This document shows, in pieces, positions 26,327 to 38,983 of a stretch of 64,000 nt of DNA (positions are counted from its first letter, which is position 1; the number at the start of each line of letters is the position of its first letter). The notes beneath the pieces were generated by a model. The model made no database searches and was not told the DNA's origin. It saw only the letters and a program-made list of their open reading frames with translations. The stretch comes from Octopus bimaculoides (lineage: Eukaryota). The position numbers and the translations under genes were made by a program. The stretch spans positions 25,915,018 to 25,979,017 of the forward strand of contig NC_068987.1 in the NCBI RefSeq assembly GCF_001194135.2, read 5' to 3'.

Positions 26327-26743
26327 TATATATATATATATATATATATANNNNNNNNNNNNNNNNNNNNNNNNNNNNNNNNNNNNNNNNNNNNNNNNNN
26401 NNNNNNNNNNNNNNNNNNNNNNNNNNNNNNNNNNNNNNNNNNNNNNNNNNATGGAAAGCGGACGTTAAACGATGATGATGATGATGATGACATATATATA
26501 GTTCAAATTTACAGAAAGCAAAAGATGAAGACAGGTGTAAGAACAACAAGCAGGTGTATTAATTTGACACTCGAGAAAAATGGAAAAGTCTTTTACGTTC
26601 TGAGCCTACGCTCTTTGACAGAAAAGATTATAGGGTAAAAAAAGAGAGAGAGAAAAAAATGTGTAGGCATTAACAGTTCAACATGGTGAAATTATATATA
26701 TGTATATAATTCATAAATTATGAAATCTCTATACTTTTTGTAG

Positions 26744-26906
26744 ATTTAACACTTGAATTTGAAGAAGGGGAAATTTATGAAAATTTCAAGGAATTCTATG
26801 AAGACGTTTTACCTGAGTTCAAAGCAGTGGCACAAGTTGTTCAGTTCAAAGTATCTTGTAATTATGAACCTCATCTCCGTGGTAATGTTTATGTACAGTT
26901 CAAAAC
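26744..26906 (+). CDS. ZRSR2: ZRSR2 exon 8 (DLTLEFEEGEIYENFKEFYEDVLPEFKAVAQVVQFKVSCNYEPHLRGNVYVQFK), UHM/RRM
   Basis: ttgtag|AT acceptor and AC|GTAAGT donor. FYEDVLPEFK and VSCNxEPHLRGNVYVQ are diagnostic of ZRSR2. Confidence 0.97.
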
Positions 26907-27588
26907 GTAAGTTGCTTTCTTCTTCCTTAATACACCAATCACCAATGTTCTTGTTGTGAAAGCCATGACCACCACAGTCTCATTTTCCTTCTTTGTAAAT
27001 CTTATCTACATCCCCCCACTTCCTGTAGCTAAGTAAGAAATCAATATAATTTTTGATTATTTGAGGTTGTTTAACCTTTGGTTGAAAAGCAGGATGGTTT
27101 CCATCTTAAATTTAAGCATTGTGTATCTAGGGCTATACTATTCAATGTAAAATGGTAGTGTGATTTGTTAGATATTTGGCTGTTATTTCTCGCAAATTGA
27201 GTAACTATGTAGAGGTTCCTTCATTGATTCATTCCTCATAAGTTATTCAATTAATTGATATCTACTGGAATGTAGATATCTACATTTATAAGACATTTAT
27301 AAACTGTTTATAAGAATGAAACAGCTCTTCACCTCGAAAGATATATAACACTGTGCCTAAAATTGAGGCTAGTAAACTGTTAGGCTATGCTAGTTGTCCT
27401 CTACAGGATAAAAATTTGGACAGTGTACACAGCAATGGGGAAGAAGATAGAAACCTTTGAGATGTGAAGCTTTCATAGATTAGGCAGAATAAGCTGGAAA
27501 GACTCGGTAATGACCACTGCAGTCCTAGAAAAGCTGAAAGTCTAAAGACAGCCATTGTTGAGAATAAAGTTCTCAAAGTTACCAAGTA

Positions 27589-28258
27589 AGATCGTTGCCA
27601 GTGCCCCTGGACTGGCTCTTGTGCGGGTGGCACATGAGATGCACCATTTTGAGCATGGCCGTTGCCAGTACCGCCTGACTGGCTTCCGTAGGATTTTTCG
27701 AGCGAGATCGTTGCCAGTGCCCCTGGACTGGCTCTTGTGCGGGTGGCACATAAAAGACACCATTTTGAGCGTGGTCGTTGCCAGTACCGCCTGACTGGCT
27801 TCCATAGGATTTTCGAGCGAGATCGNNNNNNNNNNNNNNNNNNNNNNNNNNNNNNNNNNNNNNNNNNNNNNNNNNNNNNNNNNNNNNNNNNNNNNNNNNN
27901 NNNNNNNNNNNNNNNNNNNNNNNNNNNNNNNNNNNNNNNNNNNNNNNNNNNNNNTACCAAGTAAGATCGTTGCCAGTGCCCCTGGACTGGCTCTTGTGCG
28001 GGTGGCACATAAAAGACACCATTTCGAGCGTGGCCGTTGCCAGTATCGCCTGACTGGCCTTTGTGCAGGTGACACGTAAAAGCACCTACTACATTCTCTG
28101 AGTGGTTGGCGTTAGGAAGGGCATCCAGCTGTAGAAACTCTGCCAAATTTAGATTGGAGCCTGGTGTTGCCATCCGGTTTCACCAGTCCTCAGTCAAGTC
28201 GTCCAACCCATGCTAGCATGCAAAGCGGACGTTAAACGATGATGATGATGATGATGAT
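27589..28258 (+). mobile_element. Family D element with internal tandem units of about 115 bp, spanning a gap
   Basis: Units start at 27589, 27705 and 27820, followed by the RTE-like 3' block and a (GAT)n tail. Confidence 0.8.
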
Positions 28259-28990
28259 CATGTTTTGGACATATCAGAGATGTGGAAAGGAAGAGAATGA
28301 GAGGCTGTCAAAGACGTCTTTGGACTAACAACATCCAGAAAAGACTGGAAACAAGAGCCTGATTAGTTGTATGCATGCATGCAGCACATCGCAGAGAGAA
28401 AACTGAAGAGTCTTGGAAAGTCAGCCCCTGAACGCAAGGAGGGCACCTGGCTGGCTGATGATTTACTGAAAGGATAATCCCCATTTCCTTTATATTAATT
28501 CAACTTTACCTGGCAAGTACCACCTCTTTTGAACTATGTTAACTTGTTTTCTTAGTCAAAAAGAAGTACTGAGGTCAATTCAGTCAACTAAAAGATTGAA
28601 GGCAGTGCCCCAGCAACATTAAAACAGCTAAGGGAGTCTTCACATGACTTGCTAGAAATAACAGCTAAATTTCTTTCAAAAACCATTCTACAATCTAACT
28701 GAGGTCAGCCTTGATCAAGCAAAGACATTCTAACACTGTCCATCCCATCTTTTACTCGGGCATATCATACTCGTTCTACATTATCCAATGTGTCCCTCTT
28801 TTTTCATTATGGTAGGAGATTTGGCTGCTATTTCTGCCATGCTGATTATCTACTAAGGACCACCCTTATTGGCTATTTTCATGTTGTTGTTTAACCCTAA
28901 TCAGCTCTTATACACCAGATCTTTGATCAACTTTATTCAAGCTTTGGTTATCTATTGTTTTTCTTTTCTCCCAGGTATAGTGTACTCTGG

Positions 28991-29374
28991 GTGGAGGCGC
29001 AATGGCCCAGTGGTTAGGGTGGCGGACTCACGGTCGTAGGATCGCGGTTTCAATTCCCAGACCGGGCGTTGTGAGTGTTTATTGAGCGAAAACACCTAAA
29101 GCTCCACGAGGCTCCGGCAGGGGATGGTGGCGAACCCTGCTGTACTCTTCCACCACAACTTTCTCTCACTCTTACTTCCTGTTTCAGTTGTGCCTGTAAT
29201 TCAAAGGGTCAGCCTTGTCACACTGTGTCATGCTGAATATCCCCGAGAACTACATTAAGGGTACACGTGTCTGTGGAGTGCTCAGCCACTTGCACATTAA
29301 TTTCACGAACAGGCTGTTCCATTGATCGGATCAACTGGAACCCTCAACGTCATAAGCGACAGAGTGCCAACAAC
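28991..29374 (+). mobile_element. tRNA-derived SINE, family C, full length
   Basis: Head with A-box (tggcccagtgg) and B-box-like (gtttcaattccc) motifs and a (CAA)n tail. 12-bp TSD AGTGTACTCTGG at 28979-28990 and 29375-29386. Confidence 0.92.
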
Positions 29375-30794
29375 AGTGTACTCTGGACTACATTATCCAG
29401 ATCTCATCAAATTTCTTTCAATGACTTGCAGCATTTCAAATTTTTACCACATTTTCTTTTTAATGTTGTTTTGCATGCTGTTGATGAAAATCACATTAAT
29501 TTTTTTCTGGAAACTAATAATAAAGAAGTTACAAGCATGTAATTTCAACCAGTCAAAAACTTCCATTGGTACATATTGGAAGTCACAATTGTTTGTTGTC
29601 ATGGCAATAAACATACACAATGAAGGCAAAAATTTTACATTTTCTCTTGACCTACCAGAAATGACAGCCAAATCTTCCTTAAACTACACCACAACATCTA
29701 AAAGACAGAAACGACTGTACTTTCTATTTCCTTAGGTGAGTCAGTCCTAAGTGGCTTCCAGTTGTTGAGTGTCATTAACATTTTATAAGTGATTGAAAAA
29801 AATTTAACAAAATCCTATTACCCTTTTCTTTAAGATAGTTGGGTGTGATTTGAGGGAGATTTTACTGCTATTTCTTGCAAGTAGAGTTACTTCATAGAGA
29901 TTCCCTAAAAGTAGATAGAGAGAATTATCATTCCAGTGATAAACCTGAACTTCTTAACATTAATTAATTGATCACAATAAATGTCAAGTCAAGATGTTAG
30001 ACTACTTATCACAGGACCATGAGTTCAAAGTTCATGATAATTTGTCGGCCATAGCAAAGTATCAAGACAAGATAGATAACTCTGCTAGCCTCATTTTATC
30101 TAACAGACAAAGATAAGTTCCATGTCTACATCACAGCAAAATGGTGAACTTGACAAATCATATCCTGCTATAAGATAATACTTTCCTTATTTTAAATGAT
30201 TTGCTGTAGAAGATGAGGCCTTCACAGGCCCTCTGAGACTTGTGCTCAACATGGTTGATATTAATGAACAGCTGTAGGCAAAAACTGGAAAGGAAGCAAT
30301 TCTCTAGGACTGACATTCCTGGAAACGTGGTTAGTGCTTGGCAAGAAATGGGGATGGACACAGTATAGATGATAGGAGATGGTGAGACAAGAAACTCAGG
30401 AAGGACTGATTGGAATTGGCATGAAACCAGACTGTTTTGAGAGACAGATTCTACTGTAGTAGCCACAGTCACATGCACATTTTGAAATAGAAGGCTGAGG
30501 AGAAAGTCATATCATTTGCATAAGGCTATGCAAGTAATATCAGAGTATAACTTACTTTTTCCATTTTGCAAACTTTGGCTTTCCTTTCTGTTTTGCAGTG
30601 TTTGTCTTTATTTCCAATTTCATGAATGTCTCAGATGTTAAAAACAAGAAACATCTGTCCCATCAGCTTTGGCGTAGAAAAATAAATTAAAAACAATAAT
30701 TTTAAAAGACTCCAATGTAGATATGGGCTCTTATAATGGTTTCAAATTTTTGGCACAAAGCCAGTAATTTCAGGGAGGAGTTAAGTTGATTACA

Positions 30795-31115
30795 TCAGCC
30801 TCCCTCCCCAATACTTAACTGGTACTTATTTTATCAACCCCAGACAGATGGAAGGTAAAATCAACCTTGGCGGAATTTGAAAAGAAAATGGGCTCTAATA
30901 ATCCTTTCTACTATAGATACAAGGCCTGAACTGAAATTTTGGTGGGAGGAGGCTAGTCGATTACATCAACCCCAGTATTTCACTGGGACTTAATTTATTG
31001 ACCCTGAAAAGATGAAAAGCAAAGTCAACCTCAGAATTTGAATTCAGAACGTAGCAATGGGCAATATACCACTAAGCATTTCGTCCAGCACACTAATGAT
31101 TCTTCTGGCTTGTCG
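30795..31115 (-). mobile_element. Decayed SINE B copies upstream of exon 9
   Basis: Reverse-complement similarity to family B (tgaattcagaacgtagc, ccactaagcatttcgtccagcac). Confidence 0.7.
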
Positions 31116-31196
31116 CCTTAAAATGGGCTCTGATAATGGCATTTGTCTTATGATTTTCTTACAGCTATACATACTTTCTGTATTTGACATCTATTC

Positions 31197-31238
<42 letters not shown>

Positions 31239-31244
31239 CTCCAG

Positions 31245-31354
31245 TGAAGAGGATGCTTTCAAAGCGTTTACCAAATTTAATGGTCGCTGGTATGGTGGCC
31301 GACAGTTGTCTTGCCATTTTGTTGAAATAAAGAAATGGGGTGCTGCTATTTGCG
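31245..31354 (+). CDS. ZRSR2: ZRSR2 exon 9 (TEEDAFKAFTKFNGRWYGGRQLSCHFVEIKKWGAAIC)
   Basis: Poly-T plus ctccag|T acceptor and G|GTAAGC donor; 110 nt. Contains the FNGRWYxGRQL UHM motif. Confidence 0.97.
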
Positions 31355-31618
31355 GTAAGCAGATAATTGTCATTCTATTTATTCATGAAATTAAACCTTT
31401 GCAAAATGAAGTATAAGGCTTGTCTCACAGATTTTTTCCTCTTTTTTGTTTCTTTTTTTTTTCAATCTTTTCCTTGGTAGATTGGCACCAAGTTAAACAT
31501 ATGGTATTACAATAAGAAGTACTGTACTGACTATTTTATTTGTGTCAAATTCTCACACTTGAGTCATTAACAAGACTTGTTATCATCTTTCATCTTTTAC
31601 TTGTTTCAGTCATTGGAC

Positions 31619-31619
<1 letters not shown>

Positions 31620-31655
<36 letters not shown>

Positions 31656-31900
31656 TTAACGTCCGCTTTCCATGCTAGCATGGGTTGGACGATTTGACTG
31701 AGGACTGGTGAACCAGATGGCAACACCAGGCTCCAATCTGATTTGGCAGAGTTTCTACAGCTGGATGCCCTTCCTAAGGCCAACCACTCCGAGAGTGTAG
31801 TGGGTGCTTTTATGTGCCACCAGCACAAATGCCAGGAAGGCAACGCTGGTAACGATCATGCTTGAACGGTGCTCTTAGGGCTCCACTGGTACAGATGCCG
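31620..31900 (-). mobile_element. Family D element downstream of exon 9
   Basis: (CAT)n tail, conserved 3' block and 5' motif gctcttagggctccactggtacagatgcc. Confidence 0.85.
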
Positions 31901-32636
31901 GCCTGATATTCAGTCTTCTCTTTTGTCGAACTGCTAAGTTATGAGGACATAAACAAACCAGCACCAATTGTCAAGCAGTGATGGAGGACAAACACATTGA
32001 ATGTTTATACACACATGCACATATATGCACAACAGGCTTCTTTCAGCTACTGAATCCATTCACAAGGCTTTGGTCAGCCAGTGCTATAGTAGAAGATGCC
32101 ACACTTACAGTGGGACTGAACCCATGACTCTGTGGTTGTGGAGCAGGCTTCTTAACCACTTGTTTTTTTTTTTTAACTTTAGTCAAGAGAGTAGGAATAG
32201 CCTCCAAGACTAGTGGATGAGAGAGAAGAAATGCTCAAACCAGAGACTTAGCCTGCTTGCTTGAAATAGAGTGGACTACAATAGACACACTGGTGCCAGA
32301 TGGTGGTGATGATATGGGCAATGGATTGTCTTGTAGGCCATAGCAGTATTTGAACCCAGAATATAATGAACCAGAGTAAATGCTACAAGGCATCTACACC
32401 TACAATNNNNNNNNNNNNNNNNNNNNNNNNNNNNNNNNNNNNNNNNNNNNNNNNNNNNNNNNNNNNNNNNNNNNNNNNNNNNNNNNNNNNNNNNNNNNNN
32501 NNNNNNNNNNNNNNNNNNNNNNNNNNNNNNNNNNNNNNNNNNNNNNNNNNNNNNNNNNNNNNNNNNNNNNNNNNNNNNNNNNNNNNNNNNNNNNNNNNNN
32601 NNNNNNNNNNNNNNNNNNNNNNNNNNNNNNNNNNNN

Positions 32637-32943
32637 TTGTGAGTGTTTATTGAGCAAAAACACCTAAAGCTCCACGGGGCTCCGGCAGGGGATGGTGGCG
32701 AACCCTGCTGTACTCTTTCACCACAACTTTCTCTCACTCTTACTTCCTGTTTCTGTTGTGCCTGTAATTCAAAGGGTCAGCCTTGTCACACTGTGTCACG
32801 CTGAATATCCCCGAGAACTACGTTAAGGGTACACATGTCTGTGGAGTGCTCAGCCACTTGCACGTTAATTTCACGAGCAGGCTGTTCCGTTGATCGGATC
32901 AACTGGAACCCTCAACGTCGTAAGCGACGGAGTGCCAACAACA
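32637..32943 (+). mobile_element. SINE C, 5' part lost in a gap
   Basis: Near-identical to 29070-29374. Confidence 0.9.
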
Positions 32944-35109
32944 TTGCCCCACAAAAGGATTAAAACCAAAGCTGACATTCAAATGGATTTGAACTCAGAT
33001 CATAGAGAGTTACAAAAAAAAATACCATGAGGTGTTCTCTCTGATACCCTAATGGCTCTACCAATTCACCTTGTCTGTTGTTGTTGCTGTGACACAAGGT
33101 CAGTCCTCCTCAAGCAGACCGATGATGCGTAGTCAGTCAGCTCAACATATGCAAAGAACAGCTCCTGTACACTCCAACAGGGAGTAGTTACACCATATGA
33201 GCTGCAATGTGACAGCTTGGACCTATACACCCCCCCCCCCACCTCCTGTAAGTTTAAGTTCAGACATGTTAAGTAAATTCAGGTTCAAACATGACAGGCT
33301 ATTGTTTGTTCTCTGTATCTACCATTGCTATTGGAAATGTAGTGTTCTGAACTTATTGTAATAGTTTTATGGATTGTTGAAAATGTGTCTGAGTTTGTGA
33401 AATTCATTATTACTTGTTTTTGGTAATCTTTAGCTTCATGGCTTTTTTTTTTCTTTGCATGATTGGAGAGGGTGATAGCTCTGCTCAACACAGCAATGAA
33501 TAGTTATTAAACATAGCATACAAATCACTTATAAAAGCTCTTTGTTCATATTTATTTACAATAATCTCACTAATCCATTGTGTAGCATAATACAGGTGGG
33601 ATTAATTTTTCCATCTGTTGACCTCTTGGTCAAAAGTTCAAATTTTAATTGTGCCATGGAGCAAGACACTTACCTCTCCTTATTTTTGTTTGATTAGGGA
33701 ACATAAACAGGCTCTATTCTTGGTTTATGGTTGAATGATTGCGGTTGGAAGTTCACCAGCTGTGAAAATGATTTGTATCAACAACAAAGCAATTTATTCA
33801 TGTAAATACAGAAAAATCAATGTAAGCTAAAACAAAAGAATTTTTAGATAGATTATTGATTTTATTCAATAATGCTAAATGCCTTTTATTCAGTATATTG
33901 TAAATAGGAGAAAATAGGTGATCAAATACTTAACAAAATTTATGGTAAGAGTAATGGTTGTTTAGCAGTAGATGTAGAAAAATGGAAATTTAGCTGGAAT
34001 GTTACTTGTCAAATATAAAAGCTATACTTTTGCAGTGCAGGGGAATTGATCCAGGTATGGTTGTGCAGATATGATCTTCACATCTGCACATAGTTTCCTA
34101 TTCTACCTGACTGCATGTCCCCTTGGGCAAATAATATCTTTTACTATAGTCTTGGGCTGATTAATGCCTTGTGAGTGGAATTGGTAGGTAGAAACTGGAT
34201 TGAAGCAGTTGTGTGGGTAGAAGCTTGCTTGCCAACCACATGGTTGTGGGTTCAGTCCCATTGTGTGACACCTTTGGCAAGTGTCTTCTACTATTGCTTC
34301 AGGCCAACTAAAGCCATGTGAGTGGATTTGGTTGACAGAAACTGAAAGAAGCTTGTATATATATATATGTGTGTTTGTGTGTATGTATGTTTGTCCTCCA
34401 TCATCGCTTGACAACTGGTCTTGGTGTGTTTACATCCCCGTAACTTAACAGTTTGGCAAAGAGACCAATAGAATAAGTACTAGAGTTAAAAATAAGTTTT
34501 ATTTTTAAACTTATTCAAAAATAAGTCGAATTGTTCGACAAAAAAACTTCAAGGTGATGCACCGGCATGGACATAGTCAAATGACTGAAACAAGTAAAAC
34601 TATAAAAGAATGTGTGTGTGTGTGTGTGGAGAGAGAGAGTCAACAGGGGAGATGCAGAGATTCTCAAGATGGAAAACACTTAGTTGCATTCAAAATCTTT
34701 ACCGAGCACTAAGTCTGCATTAAACAAACAAAAATACTACTTTTGCTTGGCATACAAAATATATATACATGTATATGTTATCTATCAATCCCAAGCAGTC
34801 TGTTGTTTGTTTTATACACACACACATATATATTTTCATATATGTATGTATATATATGTAGATACATATATAGATGATGGATAATGATCTCATAGGGTCA
34901 GTTTCCCCGATTTCCAAAGGTGCATATATTCCCCGCTGGACAGGACACCAGTCCATTGCAAGATTACTCAATTTTGCTAGCTGAGTAGACTGGAGCAATG
35001 TAAAATGAAGTGTTTTGCTCAAAAACACAATGCATTGCCCAGTCCCAGAATTGAAACCACAATCTTACAATCATGAGTCCAGTACCCTAACCACTAAGCC
35101 ATGCACTTC

Positions 35110-35156
<47 letters not shown>

Positions 35157-36736
35157 CAAATGAACATTATCATTTTAACATTCACTTGCATGGATCCATG
35201 AATCAGATGAAGTTTATTGAGGCAAATATTCTATGGCTTGATGCCTTTGTTCTTGTCAGCCTTCACCTGTTTCCAAACAAGTTAATATTTCCTCATGGCC
35301 AGACATGTTTGCAGAGAATATTAGAAATAAATGACAGTGACACTCATTTACGGCTGTCACATGATGTCAAGAGGGGCACACATACATATATATACACAAT
35401 GGGCTTCTTTCGGTTTCTGTCTACTAAATCCACTCACAAGGTTTTGGTTGGACTGGGGTTATAATAAAAAGGACTCATTGGATAATGTAGCCTTAGATAT
35501 ACAAAATGAATAAGACGATCAAAGATGGAATCCTTTGGCTCTACCTAATCAGAACTGACTTAGGAATCTCTTTTACTTGTTTCAGTCAAACACATCAATC
35601 CCGGTACTTATTCCTTTAAAGTTTTGTACTTATTCTATCACTCCTTTTTTGTCAAACTGCTAAGTTATGGAGACATAACAAATCAATCCCAAGCAGTGGT
35701 GGGAGACAAGCACAATGCAAAGACATAGAAATATACGATGATCTTCTTTCGGTTTCCATCCACCAAATCCACTCACAGGGCTTATGTTGGCTTAGGGCTA
35801 TATTAGAAGACACTTGCCTAAGGTTCCACACAGTGCGACCAACCTGAAACCATGTGATTGAGAAGCAAACTTCTTACCACACGGCCATACCTAGCAATGA
35901 ATGAATTAAAAACAAAAAAATCAGGCATTTTATTAATAGTTCCTGGGAAATGGATATTAAAAATAAAATACAGGTCCATCCAAGGATGCATTACTTAGCA
36001 TGGCTGTGTGGTTTATCAATTCACTTCTCAATCATGTGGTCTCAAGTTTAGACCCTATGTACAGTAGCTTGGTCTTTTGCTGTAAACATGGAAACTGTAC
36101 AGAAGTCTGTCAGGTATATATGTATGGGTGTCTCTCTTTTTATGTTTGTCTCCCTATTGCTCAACAACTGGTGTTGGTTTGTTAACATCCCCACAACATA
36201 GTGGTTTGGCAAAAGCAACCAATAGAATTAGTACCAGACTTTTAAAACAAAAATAAAAACTGAAGTCAATTCACCCAGCTAAACACTTCAAAGCAGTGCT
36301 CCAGGCTGGTCTCAGTCCAATGACTTAAACAGATAAAAAAATTAAAACAACTCCATGTTCATTCATTTTTGCATCTGTTTTTCCATGCTGGCATGGGTTG
36401 GGTAGAGACTTGAGGCTGAATTTTGTAGCCAGACGCCTTTTCAGTAAAGTTATTGAGTTCAATTGAGGTTTTGTAGGTGATAAGTAAATGGGTAATGTTA
36501 AGTGGTGTTGTTGATTAGAAATTGAAAAAAATACATAACAAATTAAATAGCTTTATCTCAGTAGATAACAGCTGTTAGATTAATTACCTTTGAACAGTTG
36601 ATTGGAGTTTGGCGAGTTCATAACTTCTAATTAGTTCATCATCTTTGGTGATGAACAACAAGTATGAGAAGAGCGCAATACAGCAGGTGTAAGGGTGGGG
36701 TATAGTAGGTATGAGTGTGGAGTGCGGTACCTGTGA

Positions 36737-38370
36737 ATCATCATCATCATTTAGTGTCCGTCATCCATGCTGGCATGGGTTGGATGGTTTGACCAAGGCT
36801 GGTAAGCTGAGGGTCTGCTCCATGCTCCAGTCTGATTTGGCATGGTTTATATGGCTGGATGCCCTTTCTAATGACAACCACTCCAAGAGTGTAATGGTTG
36901 TTTTTATGTGCCACTGGCACAGGTGCCAGTTGCGTAACACCAGTATCTGCCATGACTATGATTTCACTTGGCTTGATGGGTCTCCTTCTCAAGCACAACA
37001 TAATGCCAAAGGTCTTGGTCATTTGTCATTGCCTCCATGAAGCTCAGCGCTCAAAAGGTGCCTTTTACGTGCCACCGGCACAGGTGCTAGTTACGCAATA
37101 CCAGCATTGGCTGCTTTGCCTCCATGAGGCCCAACGCTCGAAAGGTGCCTTTTAAGTACTACCAGCACAGGTCTCAGTTACATGACATCAACAACAGTCG
37201 TAACTTTGATTTTTTGCTTGATGAGTCTTCTCAAGCAAGCTATATCGCCAAAGGTGTTGATCATTAGTCAGTGCCTCTGTGAGGCCCAACATTCGAAAAT
37301 TGTGCTTCACCACCTTGCCTGGATCTACCTCTTCCACAGCTTCCTTCCACTGGTAGAGATGGCACTTCTTCACACAGCTGTCCACATCCATATGCATCAC
37401 ATGACCATACTAACACAGTTGTCTCTCTTGCAAACAGCACGTCCTAAACCCAACTTTTCTCTCAAGACGTTTTCACTCTACCATACATGCACACTGACAT
37501 TGCACATCCAGCAAAGCATACTAGCTTTCCTTTCAAGCTTATGCATGTCCTCAGCAATCACAGCCCATGTTTCACTGCCGTGTGGCATGGCTGTTTGCAC
37601 ACAAGCATCATACAATCTGCTTTCACTCTGAGAGAATGGCCCTTTGTTACCAACAGAGGTAAGAGCTCTCTGAACTTTGCCCAACCTATTCTTATTCTAG
37701 CAGCTACACTCTCAGAGCATCCACCTCCACTATTGACTTAGTCATCTAGGTAATGGAAGTTATCAACTACTTCAAGTTTTCTCCACTAACATTTGATGGA
37801 ATCTATTTTCTGTACGTTTTTAGTGTTAATTGTACCTTCCACACACAAAAACTAGTTTCCCTGTTAACCTTCCTCTGATATTGCTGCACCTCTTATGTGT
37901 CCATAGCTTACACCAGGTACATTGTATAGAATTTTTACTTATGCCTTTCCTACAGTCTGAGCAAGGCCATCTACCTAAGGAGATTTGTGATTTGTCTGCT
38001 TTCCTACATGCTAAGACTTTGATTTTTGTTAGGTTAACTCTAAGGCTCTTTGATTCTAGACCTTTCTTCTATACCTGAAACTTCTCTAGTTCTGGTAGTG
38101 ATTCAGCTATAAGAACAAGGTCATCAGCATAGAGGAGCTTCCAGGGGCAGCCTGTCTTAATTTCCTCTGTTATTGCTTGGAGGTCTATGATGAACAAGTG
38201 GGGGATGAGGACTGATCCTTGGTTAACCCCTACTTGTGCGTTGAATTCTTCGCTCTACTCATTGCCAACCCTCACCTTCCTGACAGCATCTCTGTACATG
38301 GCTTGTACAGCTCTCACAACCACTTGTCTATCTCTAGTTTCTGCATTGACCACCAGATAAGAGATCAGGG
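36737..38370 (-). mobile_element. 5'-truncated RTE-clade LINE (ORF2 C-terminal half, 3' UTR and (ATG)n tail), decayed
   Basis: Minus-strand VGVNQGSVL, CPWKLLYADDLVLIAES, WPCSDCRKGISKNSIQCTWCKLWTHKRCS, LEVVDNF and HGSETW, running on into the family D-like 3' block. Confidence 0.9.
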
Positions 38371-38381
38371 GAACAGTAATT

Positions 38382-38490
38382 GTGAGTGTGGAGTACAGTA
38401 GCTGTGAATGTAGAGTACAGTAGATGTGAGTGTGGAGTACAGTAGCTGTGAGTGTGGAGTACAGTACCTGTGAATGTGAGTTATAGTAGG
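38382..38490. repeat. 22-bp minisatellite, about 5 copies
   Basis: Unit GTGAGTGTGGAGTACAGTAGCT at 38382, 38404, 38426 and 38448, plus a partial copy at 38470. Confidence 0.9.
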
Positions 38491-38983
38491 TGTGAGGCAT
38501 GGTAAATGTGTGTGTGTGAATTTGATGTACAGTAGGTGTGTGTGAGTATGCTGAATTATGTAGTCCTAAATACACTTTAAAAAGATGGGATGGATACAGC
38601 TGAAGTGTCTTTGATCATCACAGGTGTGTTCCAGCAGGGTTGACCTTGGGTTAAATAACATCAATATTTACCACTATATTACTAAATGGAACAATACTGA
38701 TATATATGGATGTAGTTTTATTAGTTTGTCACATTCATTGCTTAAATCCCTGTGAGGACAGCATTGCCTTTTATCTCTTTAAAGCTGATAAAATATGTAC
38801 CTGTAATACAATGAGATCAGCTCAATTGACAGAACCCCATTCTCTGAAAACATTGTCTGTGTGCTGTGTGTAGTTAAAAGAAGTTAATATTATTTTACTT
38901 AATTTCTACTATTTTAAAGACTTTAGAGCTTGAATATGATGTGTTTCAATGTATTTATATTTTTAAACTTTATTTCTTTCAAG

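Noticed and set aside
27385-28173. Long ORFs (for example 262 aa, MATPGSNL...)
   Set aside because: They are translations of family D repeat modules across N gaps. The same peptides recur at every copy (7219, 8635, 23265, 31652).
28991-29070. tRNA gene-like sequence
   Set aside because: It is a SINE head: A/B boxes are present but there is no complete cloverleaf, and it continues into the SINE body inside a TSD pair.
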